From: a virus
Taxonomy: Duplodnaviria > Heunggongvirae > Uroviricota > Caudoviricetes
Length of the DNA stretch: 64,000 nucleotides
IMG/VR virus record: IMGVR_UViG_3300047323_000678
Strand: one strand, 5' to 3'
This document shows positions 20,523-29,364 of the stretch, in pieces. A model generated the notes under the pieces. The model made no database searches, was not told where the DNA came from, and saw only the letters and a list, made by a program, of their open reading frames with translations. The position numbers and the translations under genes were made by a program. Within the stretch, counting starts at the first letter, position 1. Every line of letters starts with the position of its first letter.

Positions 20523-21050
20523 ATGGATTTAACTAAAGAATTTAAGACTATGCAAAATGATGGTAATTCCAAAAATATTGTTGCACAGTTAAGAGAAAAA
20601 CAAATAGAGATAGAGAAAAAAATATTTATTGTTCAAATAGTAGATATGGCTAATTATGCACAGAAACTATATGAAGAAAAAGTATTTCAAGAAAACAAAA
20701 TTCATTTGTTTGAAGTTAGCTGGAATTTTGAAGATGGTGTTGGTAATGCATTTGATTATAGATTCAAAGATGAAGCAAATGAAAACATCATCTATTTAAC
20801 TGTTAAAAATGCTAATAAATTATCACCTATGCTTAATTGTTTAACTTCATTAATGGGTTTTAATGATGATTTTCTTAGTGAAGGTTTTAATCATTATCAA
20901 AAAAATCTTTTAGAAATAAATAAAAATATTAAAGAAAAAATTTTGAATCTATTTTTATCTGAAGAATTGAAAAAAATTGTAGAGTATAATGAATTAGAAT
21001 TAAATATTGATAAAAAAGAACAATTAACAAAACAAAGAAGTAAAATTTAA
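20523..21050 (+). CDS. Hypothetical protein with basic tail
   Basis: AAGGA RBS; ends YNELELNIDKKEQLTKQRSKI. Confidence 0.7.
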   Translation: MDLTKEFKTMQNDGNSKNIVAQLREKQIEIEKKIFIVQIVDMANYAQKLYEEKVFQENKIHLFEVSWNFEDGVGNAFDYRFKDEANENIIYLTVKNANKLSPMLNCLTSLMGFNDDFLSEGFNHYQKNLLEINKNIKEKILNLFLSEELKKIVEYNELELNIDKKEQLTKQRSKI

Positions 21051-21089
21051 ACCAAGACACCAAGATTTGATGTCAGTAAATAAAAGAGA

Positions 21090-21983
21090 ATGAAAATGGA
21101 TATTATATTTGATATGGAAACAGGGGACCCAGATGACTTAATTACCCTAATTATGTTGTTGCTAAACCCTGATGCTAATCTAAAAGCTGTAACTTGTTAC
21201 CAAGGTTCACCCTTACAAATTGGCTTAATTAAGCATGTTTTGAACTTAGCGGGTAGAGATATTCCTATAGGTGGTTGGAATCCTGAAGAACCTTCAGAAA
21301 TTTCTCCCTTTTATCAAAAGGTTGTGGGAAAATGGAAAAGCCAAAAAGCTGAATTTACACCTGTAGAAGTATTTAAGAATGTTTATACGGAAGATACTCA
21401 TGTACTAACAGGTGCCCCACTATCCAATTTTGAATTTATTTTACATAAACTTCGTGATTTGAAAATTTATAACATGGTGACTCAAGGTGGTTATTTAGGT
21501 TTTTTGGCTAAAGAAACTCTACCTAAATTTAAAGATATTACAGAAATTAGAACTTATAACTTAAGCACAGACATCAATGCATTTGGTGTAGTAAATAGTT
21601 CTCGTCGTATTAAGAAACTTACTTATGTAACAAAAGATTTGTGTCACGGGTTTATGTATACTCCAGAGATTCATTCGAGAATCAAATTTGGAAATACTCC
21701 GTTAGAAAAACTTCTACAAAAATGTTTTGAACATTATGCTCTGTCAGGAAAAAGTAAAGCTATGCATGATCCACTTGCCATGCTATATATGCTTTATCCT
21801 GAAATTGGTGAAGTAAAGCAAATAGAAATGAATTACACTGTAAATCATAAAGGGCATGCATTATTTTCTGCTCAAGAAGGATTTGGTACAACATTTGGGT
21901 TAATTGGTTACAATAAAGAGTTAGCCTGGGATAAATTTGTTCAAATTTGTAGTGTTGGATTAAAAAATAAACTTAAATTTTAA
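21090..21983 (+). CDS. Nucleoside hydrolase family protein (IU-NH-like)
   Basis: N-terminal IIFDMETGDPDD Asp cluster and MHDPLA motif. Confidence 0.8.
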   Translation: MKMDIIFDMETGDPDDLITLIMLLLNPDANLKAVTCYQGSPLQIGLIKHVLNLAGRDIPIGGWNPEEPSEISPFYQKVVGKWKSQKAEFTPVEVFKNVYTEDTHVLTGAPLSNFEFILHKLRDLKIYNMVTQGGYLGFLAKETLPKFKDITEIRTYNLSTDINAFGVVNSSRRIKKLTYVTKDLCHGFMYTPEIHSRIKFGNTPLEKLLQKCFEHYALSGKSKAMHDPLAMLYMLYPEIGEVKQIEMNYTVNHKGHALFSAQEGFGTTFGLIGYNKELAWDKFVQICSVGLKNKLKF

Positions 21984-22224
21984 AGGAGAAGCAAATGAAA
22001 TCATTTATTATTAATTCTGTATTAGCATTTATTTTAATAGCAACAATTCTTATGATAGAAACTCAATTGCCACAAATGACAAGAAACATTTTGGCGGGAT
22101 TAGCTGTAATATTTTCTATTTCATATATATTTTATAATAGGAATAAACCTATCAAAGTAAAAAATGATTAATTTTGACTTCGTATTAAAAATGACTAACA
22201 TCTTTTTAATACGAAGGATAATTA

Positions 22225-22611
22225 ATGCAGAAATTAAGTAAATTTATACTATTTTTAGTTTCTATCTCAATTCTTTTAGGATGTGAAGAAGATCCTAATA
22301 AGAAATTAAGAAGATTAAGGGCAGAAGAGTTCCCTAAAGAATATTTAAAAAAATATCGTGAAGAAGCAACGATTATTGTCCCTTATGAAAATTGTATAAA
22401 AGGAAAAGATGAAGCAGTAGAAAAATGTTTGTTTTTAACAGCTAAGGATGATATGCAGCGTCTTGTTGTAAATAAATATATAGCTGCAAGAGAAGAATAT
22501 TTAAGGACTGGAAAGTTGGAAGAATCTCCCGAAAATACTGATGAATCATCTTCAAAAGATACAATCAAGAAACAAGAAAATCATATCATTTTAATGAAAA
22601 AATTTTCTTAA
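22225..22611 (+). CDS. Putative lipoprotein
   Basis: Signal peptide with LLGC lipobox. Confidence 0.6.
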   Translation: MQKLSKFILFLVSISILLGCEEDPNKKLRRLRAEEFPKEYLKKYREEATIIVPYENCIKGKDEAVEKCLFLTAKDDMQRLVVNKYIAAREEYLRTGKLEESPENTDESSSKDTIKKQENHIILMKKFS

Positions 22612-22688
22612 AATCCTGTACACAACACTAGTTTTAGCTTATAATAGCTTCATCAGTTAGCGAATGAAGTAAAAAGCTAAATGACAAA

Positions 22689-22773
22689 GCCTGAGTGGTG
22701 AAATTGGTAGACACAAGAGACTTAAAATCTCTCGCTTAACGGCGTGCCGGTTCGATTCCGGCCTCAGGTACCA
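22689..22773 (+). tRNA. tRNA-Leu(UAA) copy 1
   Basis: Cloverleaf with long variable arm, AGAGA-CTTAAAA-TCTCT anticodon arm, encoded CCA. Confidence 0.95.
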
Positions 22774-22795
22774 AATTCAAATAATAGGATATAAC

Positions 22796-22990
22796 ATGCT
22801 TTGTGAATATTGTGAGATTTTTTCTAGACATCCATGCCAAAATCGCCCCGAAGCATCTCAATGCCCTAATAATAAAAATCGTGGTGAATGTATGGATTTC
22901 AAAGCAAGTGATGTAGCCCTGTGGATTCGTGCTAATACTTCAGATAAAGAATTGCTAAAAGCTGCTGCTTTGATTGAAGAAAAAATGTAA
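22796..22990 (+). CDS. Small Cys-containing hypothetical protein
   Basis: AGGA RBS; CEYC...C...C...C pattern; lies between tRNA-Leu copies. Confidence 0.55.
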   Translation: MLCEYCEIFSRHPCQNRPEASQCPNNKNRGECMDFKASDVALWIRANTSDKELLKAAALIEEKM

Positions 22991-22997
22991 AGTCTAA

Positions 22998-23082
22998 GCC
23001 TGAGTGGTGGAATAGGTAGACACAACAGACTTAAAATCTGTCGCTTAACGGCATGCCGGTTCGATTCCGGCCTCAGGTACCA
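22998..23082 (+). tRNA. tRNA-Leu(UAA) copy 2
   Basis: ACAGA-CTTAAAA-TCTGT anticodon arm, CCA end. Confidence 0.95.
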
Positions 23083-23108
23083 ATTTAAATTCAATTATTA
23101 AAAATTTT

Positions 23109-23339
23109 ATGATAGAAATGCTTTTAGAATTTTTGTTATTTGTGACAAACCGTGATAAAACCAAATGGTATACATTTAGTATATTTGATATTTGTTTATT
23201 CATGATTTCAGGTGCAAGTTATTTTGTATTGGATTTGAAAAGTAGTCCAGCAATAGGATGGATTTGTATTATTATCATGAATACTGTAGAAACATATTAC
23301 CATAATAAAAATAATAGTAAGGATGAGCAAAAGAGCTAA
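23109..23339 (+). CDS. Small membrane protein
   Basis: 76 aa, two hydrophobic segments. Confidence 0.55.
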   Translation: MIEMLLEFLLFVTNRDKTKWYTFSIFDICLFMISGASYFVLDLKSSPAIGWICIIIMNTVETYYHNKNNSKDEQKS

Positions 23340-23380
23340 TCTTAGCTTATTAGACTTGTCCTGATTTAAAAAAAGAAAAT

Positions 23381-23457
23381 GCTACTGTAGCTCAGTTGGT
23401 CAGAGCAAAGGACTCATAATCCTTCGGTCGCTGGTTCAAGTCCAGCCAGTAGCACCA
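23381..23457 (+). tRNA. tRNA with CAU anticodon (elongator Met or Ile2)
   Basis: Perfect cloverleaf, AAGGA-CTCATAA-TCCTT; G1-C72 pair and no triple G-C, so not initiator. Confidence 0.9.
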
Positions 23458-23598
23458 CCTTTTTAAACTATATTAAAATAAAATAAATTTTAAGAAATAA
23501 AAAAACTTAAAATACTCTGTACAAAACAAGCAGTAAGCAGTATAATAGCTTCATCAGTTAGCAAATGAAGCAAAGAAATAAAGTAGTTAAATTTACTT

Positions 23599-23683
23599 GC
23601 CTGAGTGGTGAAATTGGTAGACGCAACGGACTTAAAATCCGTCGCCGCAAGGCGTGCCGGTTCGATTCCGGCCTCAGGCACCA
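23599..23683 (+). tRNA. tRNA-Leu(UAA) copy 3
   Basis: ACGGA-CTTAAAA-TCCGT anticodon arm, CCA end. Confidence 0.95.
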
Positions 23684-23831
23684 AATTAAAATATATTGGA
23701 TAGCACAAGTATCCGCAGACTTGTGTGAAAACTTAAAGCGGAATAATTAAAATTATTGTAAACCAATTTATTTCAGTATATTTTAATTTGGAATTAATTA
23801 AATTCTGCACAACGATAAAATAGGTGATATA

Positions 23832-24002
23832 ATGCGAGTTATTGTAACAGCCGAAGAAATTATAGATCGTGGTGTATGGGATGAATTTTGTGAAAAACGC
23901 GGAATTAATGTTTGGGCTGTTAATGAAGGGTTGATGAATTCAGATGAAGAGTTCACCCTTTCTGAAGAAGAAGCCCAAAGTTACGGTTTTTTGAAAAAGT
24001 AA
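23832..24002 (+). CDS. Small acidic hypothetical protein (56 aa)
   Basis: AGGTG RBS; MRVIVTAEEIIDRGVWDEFCEK... Confidence 0.55.
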   Translation: MRVIVTAEEIIDRGVWDEFCEKRGINVWAVNEGLMNSDEEFTLSEEEAQSYGFLKK

Positions 24003-24009
24003 AGATTAT

Positions 24010-24087
24010 CTGTCAGTAGCTCAGCAGGATTAGAGCAACAGCCTTCTAAGCTGTGGGTCGGGGGTTCGAATCCCTCCTGACAGGCCA
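24010..24087 (+). tRNA. tRNA-Arg(UCU)
   Basis: CTGTCAG/CTGACAG acceptor, ACAGC-CTTCTAA-GCTGT anticodon arm, CCA end. Confidence 0.95.
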
Positions 24088-24110
24088 AATTAAGTAGTAA
24101 AAGTCACAAA

Positions 24111-24195
24111 GCCTGAGTGGTGGAATAGGTAGACACAACAGACTTAAAATCTGTCGCTTAACGGCGTGCCGGTTCGATTCCGGCCTCAGGTACCA
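24111..24195 (+). tRNA. tRNA-Leu(UAA) copy 4
   Basis: Nearly identical to copy 2. Confidence 0.95.
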
Positions 24196-24229
24196 AATAA
24201 AGCAATCACTTAATGAAAGTGAATTGAAA

Positions 24230-24523
24230 ATGAAAATTCAAGTTAAAAATTTCGAAAATCATCTTTGGGATTTAGTTCTAGCTTTGCCTTTCTTGGCAGC
24301 AGCAATTACGATTGGAATGGTTTTTAAAGCTCAACATGAATATTACCAAAAGGTTGAAGAAATTATTATAAGTGCAGATCCTAATACAGAAGAAGGTCGT
24401 CAAAAACTTCAAGTGGTTAGTGAAAGCTTGGATCGGATGAGTAGTTCAAAATCCCAATCACCACCAAATTATGACAAAAAACAAGATGACTATGTCGCAT
24501 TAAAAGCACTTAAAATTCTATAA
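24230..24523 (+). CDS. Single-TM hypothetical protein
   Basis: One hydrophobic helix near the N-terminus. Confidence 0.6.
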   Translation: MKIQVKNFENHLWDLVLALPFLAAAITIGMVFKAQHEYYQKVEEIIISADPNTEEGRQKLQVVSESLDRMSSSKSQSPPNYDKKQDDYVALKALKIL

Positions 24524-24546
24524 TTAATAAACTAAGTGAGCAAAAA

Positions 24547-25179
24547 ATGAATATTAAATTTTGCATGACTGTTGAAGAGTATAAAGCTTATTGCTTAAGC
24601 TTCTTTGAGCAATTCAATAAAGAAGAAATCAATAAACAGATTGCTGAAATGTCTGTTGAAGATTTCAAGCAATGGTTTCAGAAAATCGGTGAGCAATATT
24701 GGGAGTATTATGCTCCTGCTCAAGAATTGATTAAACTGATTCGTGGTGATTATGATCCAACAAAAGATTATAATAGTAATAAAAAAGACCCGCTGAAAAC
24801 AGATGAAGCTCAAGCTTTCTTTGTTCCATATCGTGAAACTCATAATGATGTTTATCAAGAATATTTCAATTCATTGAGTGCTTATGCTCAGAAAATGAAA
24901 GACCTTGATAAATTCCATCATGATCAAGAGCAAGAACGACTGCTCAATATTGAAGTAGACGGTAAACATTTTAAAGCACTAAAAGCCATTTCTGTCTATT
25001 GGAGTGGTTGGGAGTGTGATGGAACTGCTTGGGTTGTTAAAGATGGAGAAGAACTCCGACTTGTCGCAAGCAATCATGGCAGTCTATACTTTACTGATAA
25101 ATCATTTTTGCAAGGCAAGTTAGAAGAATATAAGCAAGCTATTGCTGACACAGAAGATTTACTCTCAATGCTGAAATAA
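24547..25179 (+). CDS. Hypothetical protein
   Basis: 210-aa ORF followed by terminator 25181-25205. Confidence 0.7.
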   Translation: MNIKFCMTVEEYKAYCLSFFEQFNKEEINKQIAEMSVEDFKQWFQKIGEQYWEYYAPAQELIKLIRGDYDPTKDYNSNKKDPLKTDEAQAFFVPYRETHNDVYQEYFNSLSAYAQKMKDLDKFHHDQEQERLLNIEVDGKHFKALKAISVYWSGWECDGTAWVVKDGEELRLVASNHGSLYFTDKSFLQGKLEEYKQAIADTEDLLSMLK

Positions 25180-25266
25180 GAAAAAGCCCTTAATTGGGCT
25201 TTTTTAATATCTATACAAAAACCAAAAAATAAGATATATTCCAAAAATAATTAATTTGGGGAATAT

Positions 25267-25449
25267 ATGTCTTATTTATATCGTGTTGTCGAAATTAGAG
25301 CAAAAACTAGTTCAAATCCTAAAGAGAGTCTTGAAAAAGTAGATATTGGTAGTCAATGGACAACAATTTCAATTGCTCGCACTGAAATGAAAGAACTACA
25401 AACAAAAAGTCCTGAAATAAGCTACGGCTTAGAAACTAAAAAAACATAA
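25267..25449 (+). CDS. Small hypothetical protein
   Basis: 60 aa, GGGGA RBS. Confidence 0.55.
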   Translation: MSYLYRVVEIRAKTSSNPKESLEKVDIGSQWTTISIARTEMKELQTKSPEISYGLETKKT

Positions 25450-25632
25450 GGGGAATGGAAATGCAAAACACAACTTGGAAACAAATGCCATCATTTATTA
25501 TTTTAGGAATGTTTGTTGCAAATGTTATTTTTGATTTTGGTTGGTTTGAAACACCATATGAACGACAGCAAAAAATTGTAAATATTCAACAAGAAAAATA
25601 AAATATTTAATTATATTTTTAGTTGAAATAAG

Positions 25633-25661
25633 TTGTACATAAATCTATTTTAAGGTATTAT
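25633..25661 (+). promoter_or_regulatory. TTGTAC-type sigma70-like promoter
   Basis: TTGTAC-17-TATTAT; same motif at 27435, 30602, 31123, 31599, 32227, 35848. Confidence 0.7.
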
Positions 25662-25698
25662 AACTCTATTGTTCAATTAATCCTTAAGAGAGAAAATC

Positions 25699-25959
25699 AT
25701 GGGTTATACTAAGCGTCCAGGAACCGAAATTACCGACTTTACTCCAGACGATACTGATACCACAATGTATATTCAAGGAGACAGCTATGTTGATTTACTT
25801 ACTCTCCTGAATAAAGCAAAAGAGAAATGGCCAGAAGCTGATTTGGCGGATATTAATATTGATGCAGAACATATTCACACCCATGCTCTTTATTATGATC
25901 GCTATGATGGTAGTGATTACACGAATTACATTGTTTTGACATACAATAAACCAAAATAA
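25699..25959 (+). CDS. Hypothetical protein
   Basis: 86 aa downstream of a promoter, followed by hairpin GAGATGGAGTCT/AGACTCCATTT. Confidence 0.7.
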   Translation: MGYTKRPGTEITDFTPDDTDTTMYIQGDSYVDLLTLLNKAKEKWPEADLADINIDAEHIHTHALYYDRYDGSDYTNYIVLTYNKPK

Positions 25960-26012
25960 GTCTGAGATGGAGTCTACCTAAGACTCCATTTTTAATTTTA
26001 ATAAGGATAAAT

Positions 26013-26168
26013 ATGTATAAAGTGCTTATTACTTCAATTTATAATGGATTTGTTACTACAGCTATTGCTGATTGCGATTCATCAACTGAGGCAGATAAAG
26101 TAGTTAACCATATTCATCGGAATAAAAACCAATCTGGTGTTACTCGCCTTGCAGAACGCTTAAACTAA
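26013..26168 (+). CDS. Small hypothetical protein (51 aa)
   Basis: AAGGA RBS; MYKVLITSIYNGFVTTAIADC... Confidence 0.5.
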   Translation: MYKVLITSIYNGFVTTAIADCDSSTEADKVVNHIHRNKNQSGVTRLAERLN

Positions 26169-26184
26169 TATAAAAGGGTTTGAT

Positions 26185-26628
26185 ATGAACTCACAAAATC
26201 TTAATATGAAACAAATTTTATCTGTTGTTTTAGGTGTTCTGACAGTTGTTTTCATTTGTAATGAAATGAAAATAAATAATGAAGTTGCACTGTTTTTATT
26301 TGCTGTATTTAACTTATTTATCATGCTTATGGCAAATATTTATGCATTAGTGACAAAAGTTTATAGCAAAGAAATTCGTAAACGCATTTACAATGCTAAT
26401 GTTAATACAAATAATTCAGTATTTTTACATCATGCATTAGGTGTTGGAATTAAAAATATGATTACCAACTTAACTACAAAAGATATTCTTGTTGCTATTT
26501 TCTTCTGTGTTTGTCCAATTATCTCATTGTGGATGTTCACAACTACTTTTAGTGCAGCATATTATGATATTTTAAACATTATTGAACAAAATACTATTCA
26601 AAAGCTAAAATTAAAACATCATGGCTAA
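26185..26628 (+). CDS. Membrane protein
   Basis: Three to four hydrophobic segments. Confidence 0.65.
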   Translation: MNSQNLNMKQILSVVLGVLTVVFICNEMKINNEVALFLFAVFNLFIMLMANIYALVTKVYSKEIRKRIYNANVNTNNSVFLHHALGVGIKNMITNLTTKDILVAIFFCVCPIISLWMFTTTFSAAYYDILNIIEQNTIQKLKLKHHG

Positions 26629-26815
26629 ATTAAGAAAATTTGAAATTTTGGATATTATTGGAGAGCCTGGAGGGTCAGGACCAGATCGTTTTTTCAAAAT
26701 TAAATATAAAGCTATTGTTAATAAGGAATGGGTCGAAAAAACTCTAGGTGTTATAGCTAGAAATAAAGATGAAGCAAGACAGGAAGCAATGAAAAGATTT
26801 GGTGGAAAAAATTAA
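26621..26815 (+). CDS. Small basic hypothetical protein
   Basis: 64 aa overlapping the upstream stop. Confidence 0.6.
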   Translation: MAKLRKFEILDIIGEPGGSGPDRFFKIKYKAIVNKEWVEKTLGVIARNKDEARQEAMKRFGGKN

Positions 26816-26839
26816 GATTTATTATAATAAAGGAGTTTT

Positions 26840-27094
26840 ATGAAAATTACATTAGCAATTATTGGATTACTTTTGTCAGCTTATGCTTTTGCAGGTTCTA
26901 AACAAGAGAAAGACCCTGTTAATGAAGTAATCGATATTATCAAAAAACAAGCACCTATTTTAAAAATTGGTGAGTATATTCAAGATGAAAAAGGATGTCT
27001 TTACGAAGTTAAAAAAACACAAGATGGAACTGGTATTATGTTGTTTCCAACAATTACTACTCTTGACGGAAAAATTGTATGTAAAATTAAATAA
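26840..27094 (+). CDS. Small secreted protein
   Basis: AAGGAG RBS; signal peptide ending AYAFA. Confidence 0.65.
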   Translation: MKITLAIIGLLLSAYAFAGSKQEKDPVNEVIDIIKKQAPILKIGEYIQDEKGCLYEVKKTQDGTGIMLFPTITTLDGKIVCKIK

Positions 27095-27422
27095 TAAAGG
27101 AAAAACTTTATTTACAGGTGAATACTGGTATGAGGTTGAAGAATTTGCTAATGACAATGACATTAATATTCAATTTGAACCTAAAGATTTAGTATTTGAT
27201 GTAGATCCTACTTGTCCAGACGGTGCCTATATTTTCTTTGATATTAAATATGATGATGGTGGTCATGATAATTTAGGTAGTCACAATGTAATTAACCTAC
27301 CAGCCTATATTGATAAGTCAGAACTAATGGAATGCCATTTTGGTTATGATACATCAATGTCTAAAGAAAAAGTTATTGAGGGTTTGGAAGCTGTTGGTGC
27401 AACTTATCAAAAATTTCTTTAA
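27075..27422 (+). CDS. Hypothetical protein, paralog of 28727..29098 (start uncertain)
   Basis: QFEPKDLVFD...FDIKY...HNVINLP...MECHFGY...KEKVIEGL shared with 28727; TTG 27075 chosen by alignment. Confidence 0.65.
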   Translation: MYVKLNNKGKTLFTGEYWYEVEEFANDNDINIQFEPKDLVFDVDPTCPDGAYIFFDIKYDDGGHDNLGSHNVINLPAYIDKSELMECHFGYDTSMSKEKVIEGLEAVGATYQKFL

Positions 27423-27511
27423 TTTTTAAAATAATTGTACATTTATAGGGGGAGATGTTATAATGCCCCTATAGATAGACAACACATTATATTCAATTAA
27501 TAGGAGTCAAA

Positions 27512-27730
27512 GTGAAAAAGACTAACGAAGTTGTTGCTCAAGAGTTCAATGTTCAAACTGACTCAGGTGGAAAATGGATCAGCAATTTTGAAGTAGAAAA
27601 ACTTTTGACAGCAGTGATTGCTAAATGTGCTGAAGTTGCAGCAAAAAATCCAGCAAATGCTAGTGAAGCAATCAAAGCAGAAAATTTTAAAATTAATTTT
27701 TATAACAACTTCCCAAAAGTGGGTAAGTAA
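27512..27730 (+). CDS. Small hypothetical protein
   Basis: AGGAG RBS, GTG start, downstream of promoter 27435. Confidence 0.6.
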   Translation: MKKTNEVVAQEFNVQTDSGGKWISNFEVEKLLTAVIAKCAEVAAKNPANASEAIKAENFKINFYNNFPKVGK

Positions 27731-27741
27731 TCAAGTTTTAT

Positions 27742-27839
27742 GGATATGGTGCGTCTCTGGTGCCAAGGGGCTGAAAGGCTGAGGAACAACTCTATAAACC
27801 TTGGCGCAGGCGTTGGTTGAACTCCAACAATATCCACCA
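27742..27839 (+). ncRNA. tRNA-shaped RNA without D stem or normal anticodon arm
   Basis: GGATAT/ATATCC-A-CCA acceptor-like end, GTTGG-TTGAACT-CCAAC T-arm, 9-bp central helix GTGCCAAGG/CCTTGGCGC around a 30-nt loop. Confidence 0.6.
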
Positions 27840-27847
27840 GTTTTAAA

Positions 27848-27907
27848 TTGGACTTAAGCATGTTTTATTCAGCAAGTTGGATGCTTAGGTGAACTATACA
27901 ACTGCTG
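27848..27907 (+). ncRNA. 60-nt repeated structured RNA motif, copy A
   Basis: TTGGACTTAAGCAT...CAGCAAGTTGG.TGCTTAGGT...CAACTGCTG; homologs at 31671 and 36089. Confidence 0.7.
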
Positions 27908-27956
27908 TTTTAAATTAGTATAAATTTGCTTTTAATCTATTTTTTAAGGAAAAATT

Positions 27957-28232
27957 ATGCAAAACCAAAATGTTGAGTCTGCAAATAATGTCCGCAAACT
28001 TTTCACCTCAGATCTTGATTCTGTAGAACGCAAGGCTGTTCAAGAAATTGAAAATAAACTAGGTAAAAAAATTGGTGAAGTGTCAGAGCAACAGGTTTTG
28101 GATAGTTTGAATTCGCTATTTCCTTATAATGAACTAGGTGGAAGTGAAGGAAGATACAAAGAATTCGTCGCAGATTTAAAACGAGCCTACTCTGAAGTCA
28201 AATCTGGAAAAATCCGCACTAGCAATTTTTAA
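27957..28232 (+). CDS. Hypothetical protein
   Basis: 91 aa, AAGGA RBS. Confidence 0.65.
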   Translation: MQNQNVESANNVRKLFTSDLDSVERKAVQEIENKLGKKIGEVSEQQVLDSLNSLFPYNELGGSEGRYKEFVADLKRAYSEVKSGKIRTSNF

Positions 28233-28252
28233 GTTATCAAGTTAAGAAAAAT

Positions 28253-28711
28253 ATGAAACTTAATCAATTCCAACAAGCAGAAGTAAATCATCACAATGAT
28301 GCAGAATTGCTTTGGCTTATTCAGTCAAAAATTGAAGCTTTTCAAAATGATGAGAAAAACTTCAAAGATGGGAAGTTTAATACTTTTTTATTCTGTAAAG
28401 AAGTTGGGATTGTAGTTGCAAAAGCTATTGCTGAGCGAGAAGGTTTCCATGATAAATATCATCAGTTAACTGAAAAAGAGACTGCTGATTGTTTATGGAA
28501 GAGTTACACCGAAAAATTCCCAAAATCTAATGAAGCAAGTTTCAAATCTTGGGAAGAGCTTATTTGCCCACTTTTGGATAATCTAATTTATCAATCTCTA
28601 CTGAGAACTAGGGTACCTTTACAAGAAACTAGTCTGATTGATAATTATTGGCCATTTAACCAAGAAGGTGGTTTTTGTAACCCCAACAAACTTAATATGA
28701 TAGAAGATTAA
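28253..28711 (+). CDS. Hypothetical protein
   Basis: 152-aa ORF. Confidence 0.65.
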   Translation: MKLNQFQQAEVNHHNDAELLWLIQSKIEAFQNDEKNFKDGKFNTFLFCKEVGIVVAKAIAEREGFHDKYHQLTEKETADCLWKSYTEKFPKSNEASFKSWEELICPLLDNLIYQSLLRTRVPLQETSLIDNYWPFNQEGGFCNPNKLNMIED

Positions 28712-28726
28712 TTAAAGGAAGATATA

Positions 28727-29098
28727 GTGATTAATGTAAAAATTCAGCTTAGCAATGATGTTTTTAATCTTGTAGATGATAATGGAAATATTGTATTTTC
28801 TAATGCAAATTGGGGTTTGGTTAAAGATTTTGCTTATGGCAAATTTAATATTCAATATGAGCCAAAAGATTTGATCTTTGATATAGGTGAAGATGAGGAT
28901 GAGGGCCCATATGTATATTTTGATATCAAATACGGTAGTAGTGATGGTAATCTAGATGATCACAATGTAATTAATTTACCAAGCTTTATGTATGGGGCAT
29001 TGATGGAATGCACTTTTGGTTATAAGGAATCAATGTCCAAAAAAAAGGTTATTGAAGGTTTGGTTGCAGCAGGTGCTAGTTATAAGCAAATTATTTGA
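28727..29098 (+). CDS. Hypothetical protein, paralog of 27075..27422
   Basis: AAGGA RBS, GTG start; clear alignment with the upstream paralog. Confidence 0.7.
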   Translation: MINVKIQLSNDVFNLVDDNGNIVFSNANWGLVKDFAYGKFNIQYEPKDLIFDIGEDEDEGPYVYFDIKYGSSDGNLDDHNVINLPSFMYGALMECTFGYKESMSKKKVIEGLVAAGASYKQII

Positions 29099-29175
29099 TT
29101 AAGAAAATATTGCTTGACAAATTTTTGACAACAACTTAATCTATCTACATCAATTAAATTTACTACTTATTAAAC

Positions 29176-29253
29176 ATGCGTAATTTTTCAACTACTACTA
29201 CCACAACAACAACAACTAGCTTAAAAAGCTGGGTGGTGGCATTTTATTGTTGA
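29176..29253 (+). CDS. Thr-rich leader peptide (thrL-like)
   Basis: MRNFSTTTTTTTTTSLKSWVVAFYC with nine consecutive Thr codons, directly upstream of a terminator and thrS. Confidence 0.85.
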   Translation: MRNFSTTTTTTTTTSLKSWVVAFYC

Positions 29254-29319
29254 AAAATAAATAATTAGTAAATAACAATAGAATTTTATCAAAGCCTGGC
29301 TGAAAAGTCAGGCTTTTTT
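29216..29319 (+). promoter_or_regulatory. Transcription attenuator (1:2, 2:3, 3:4 hairpins)
   Basis: 1:2 CTAGCTT/AAGCTGG; 2:3 AGCTGGGT(29227)/GCCTGGCT(29294); 3:4 GCCTGGCT-GAAA-AGTCAGGC plus T6. Confidence 0.8.
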
Positions 29320-29364
29320 GTTTTTATATTTCAATTAATCAAATTAACTTTAAAGGAAAAGAAA

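Noticed and set aside
22858-23750. ORFs 22858..23094 (-), 23490..23708 (-), 23565..23750 (+)
   Set aside because: They run across tRNA-Leu genes and are shadows of the GC-richer tRNA sequence.
27742-27839. tRNA-Sec or true tmRNA
   Set aside because: CGTCTCTGGTG recalls the selC D-arm but there is no UCA anticodon arm or long variable arm; no G3.U70 pair, pseudoknots or tag ORF for tmRNA.
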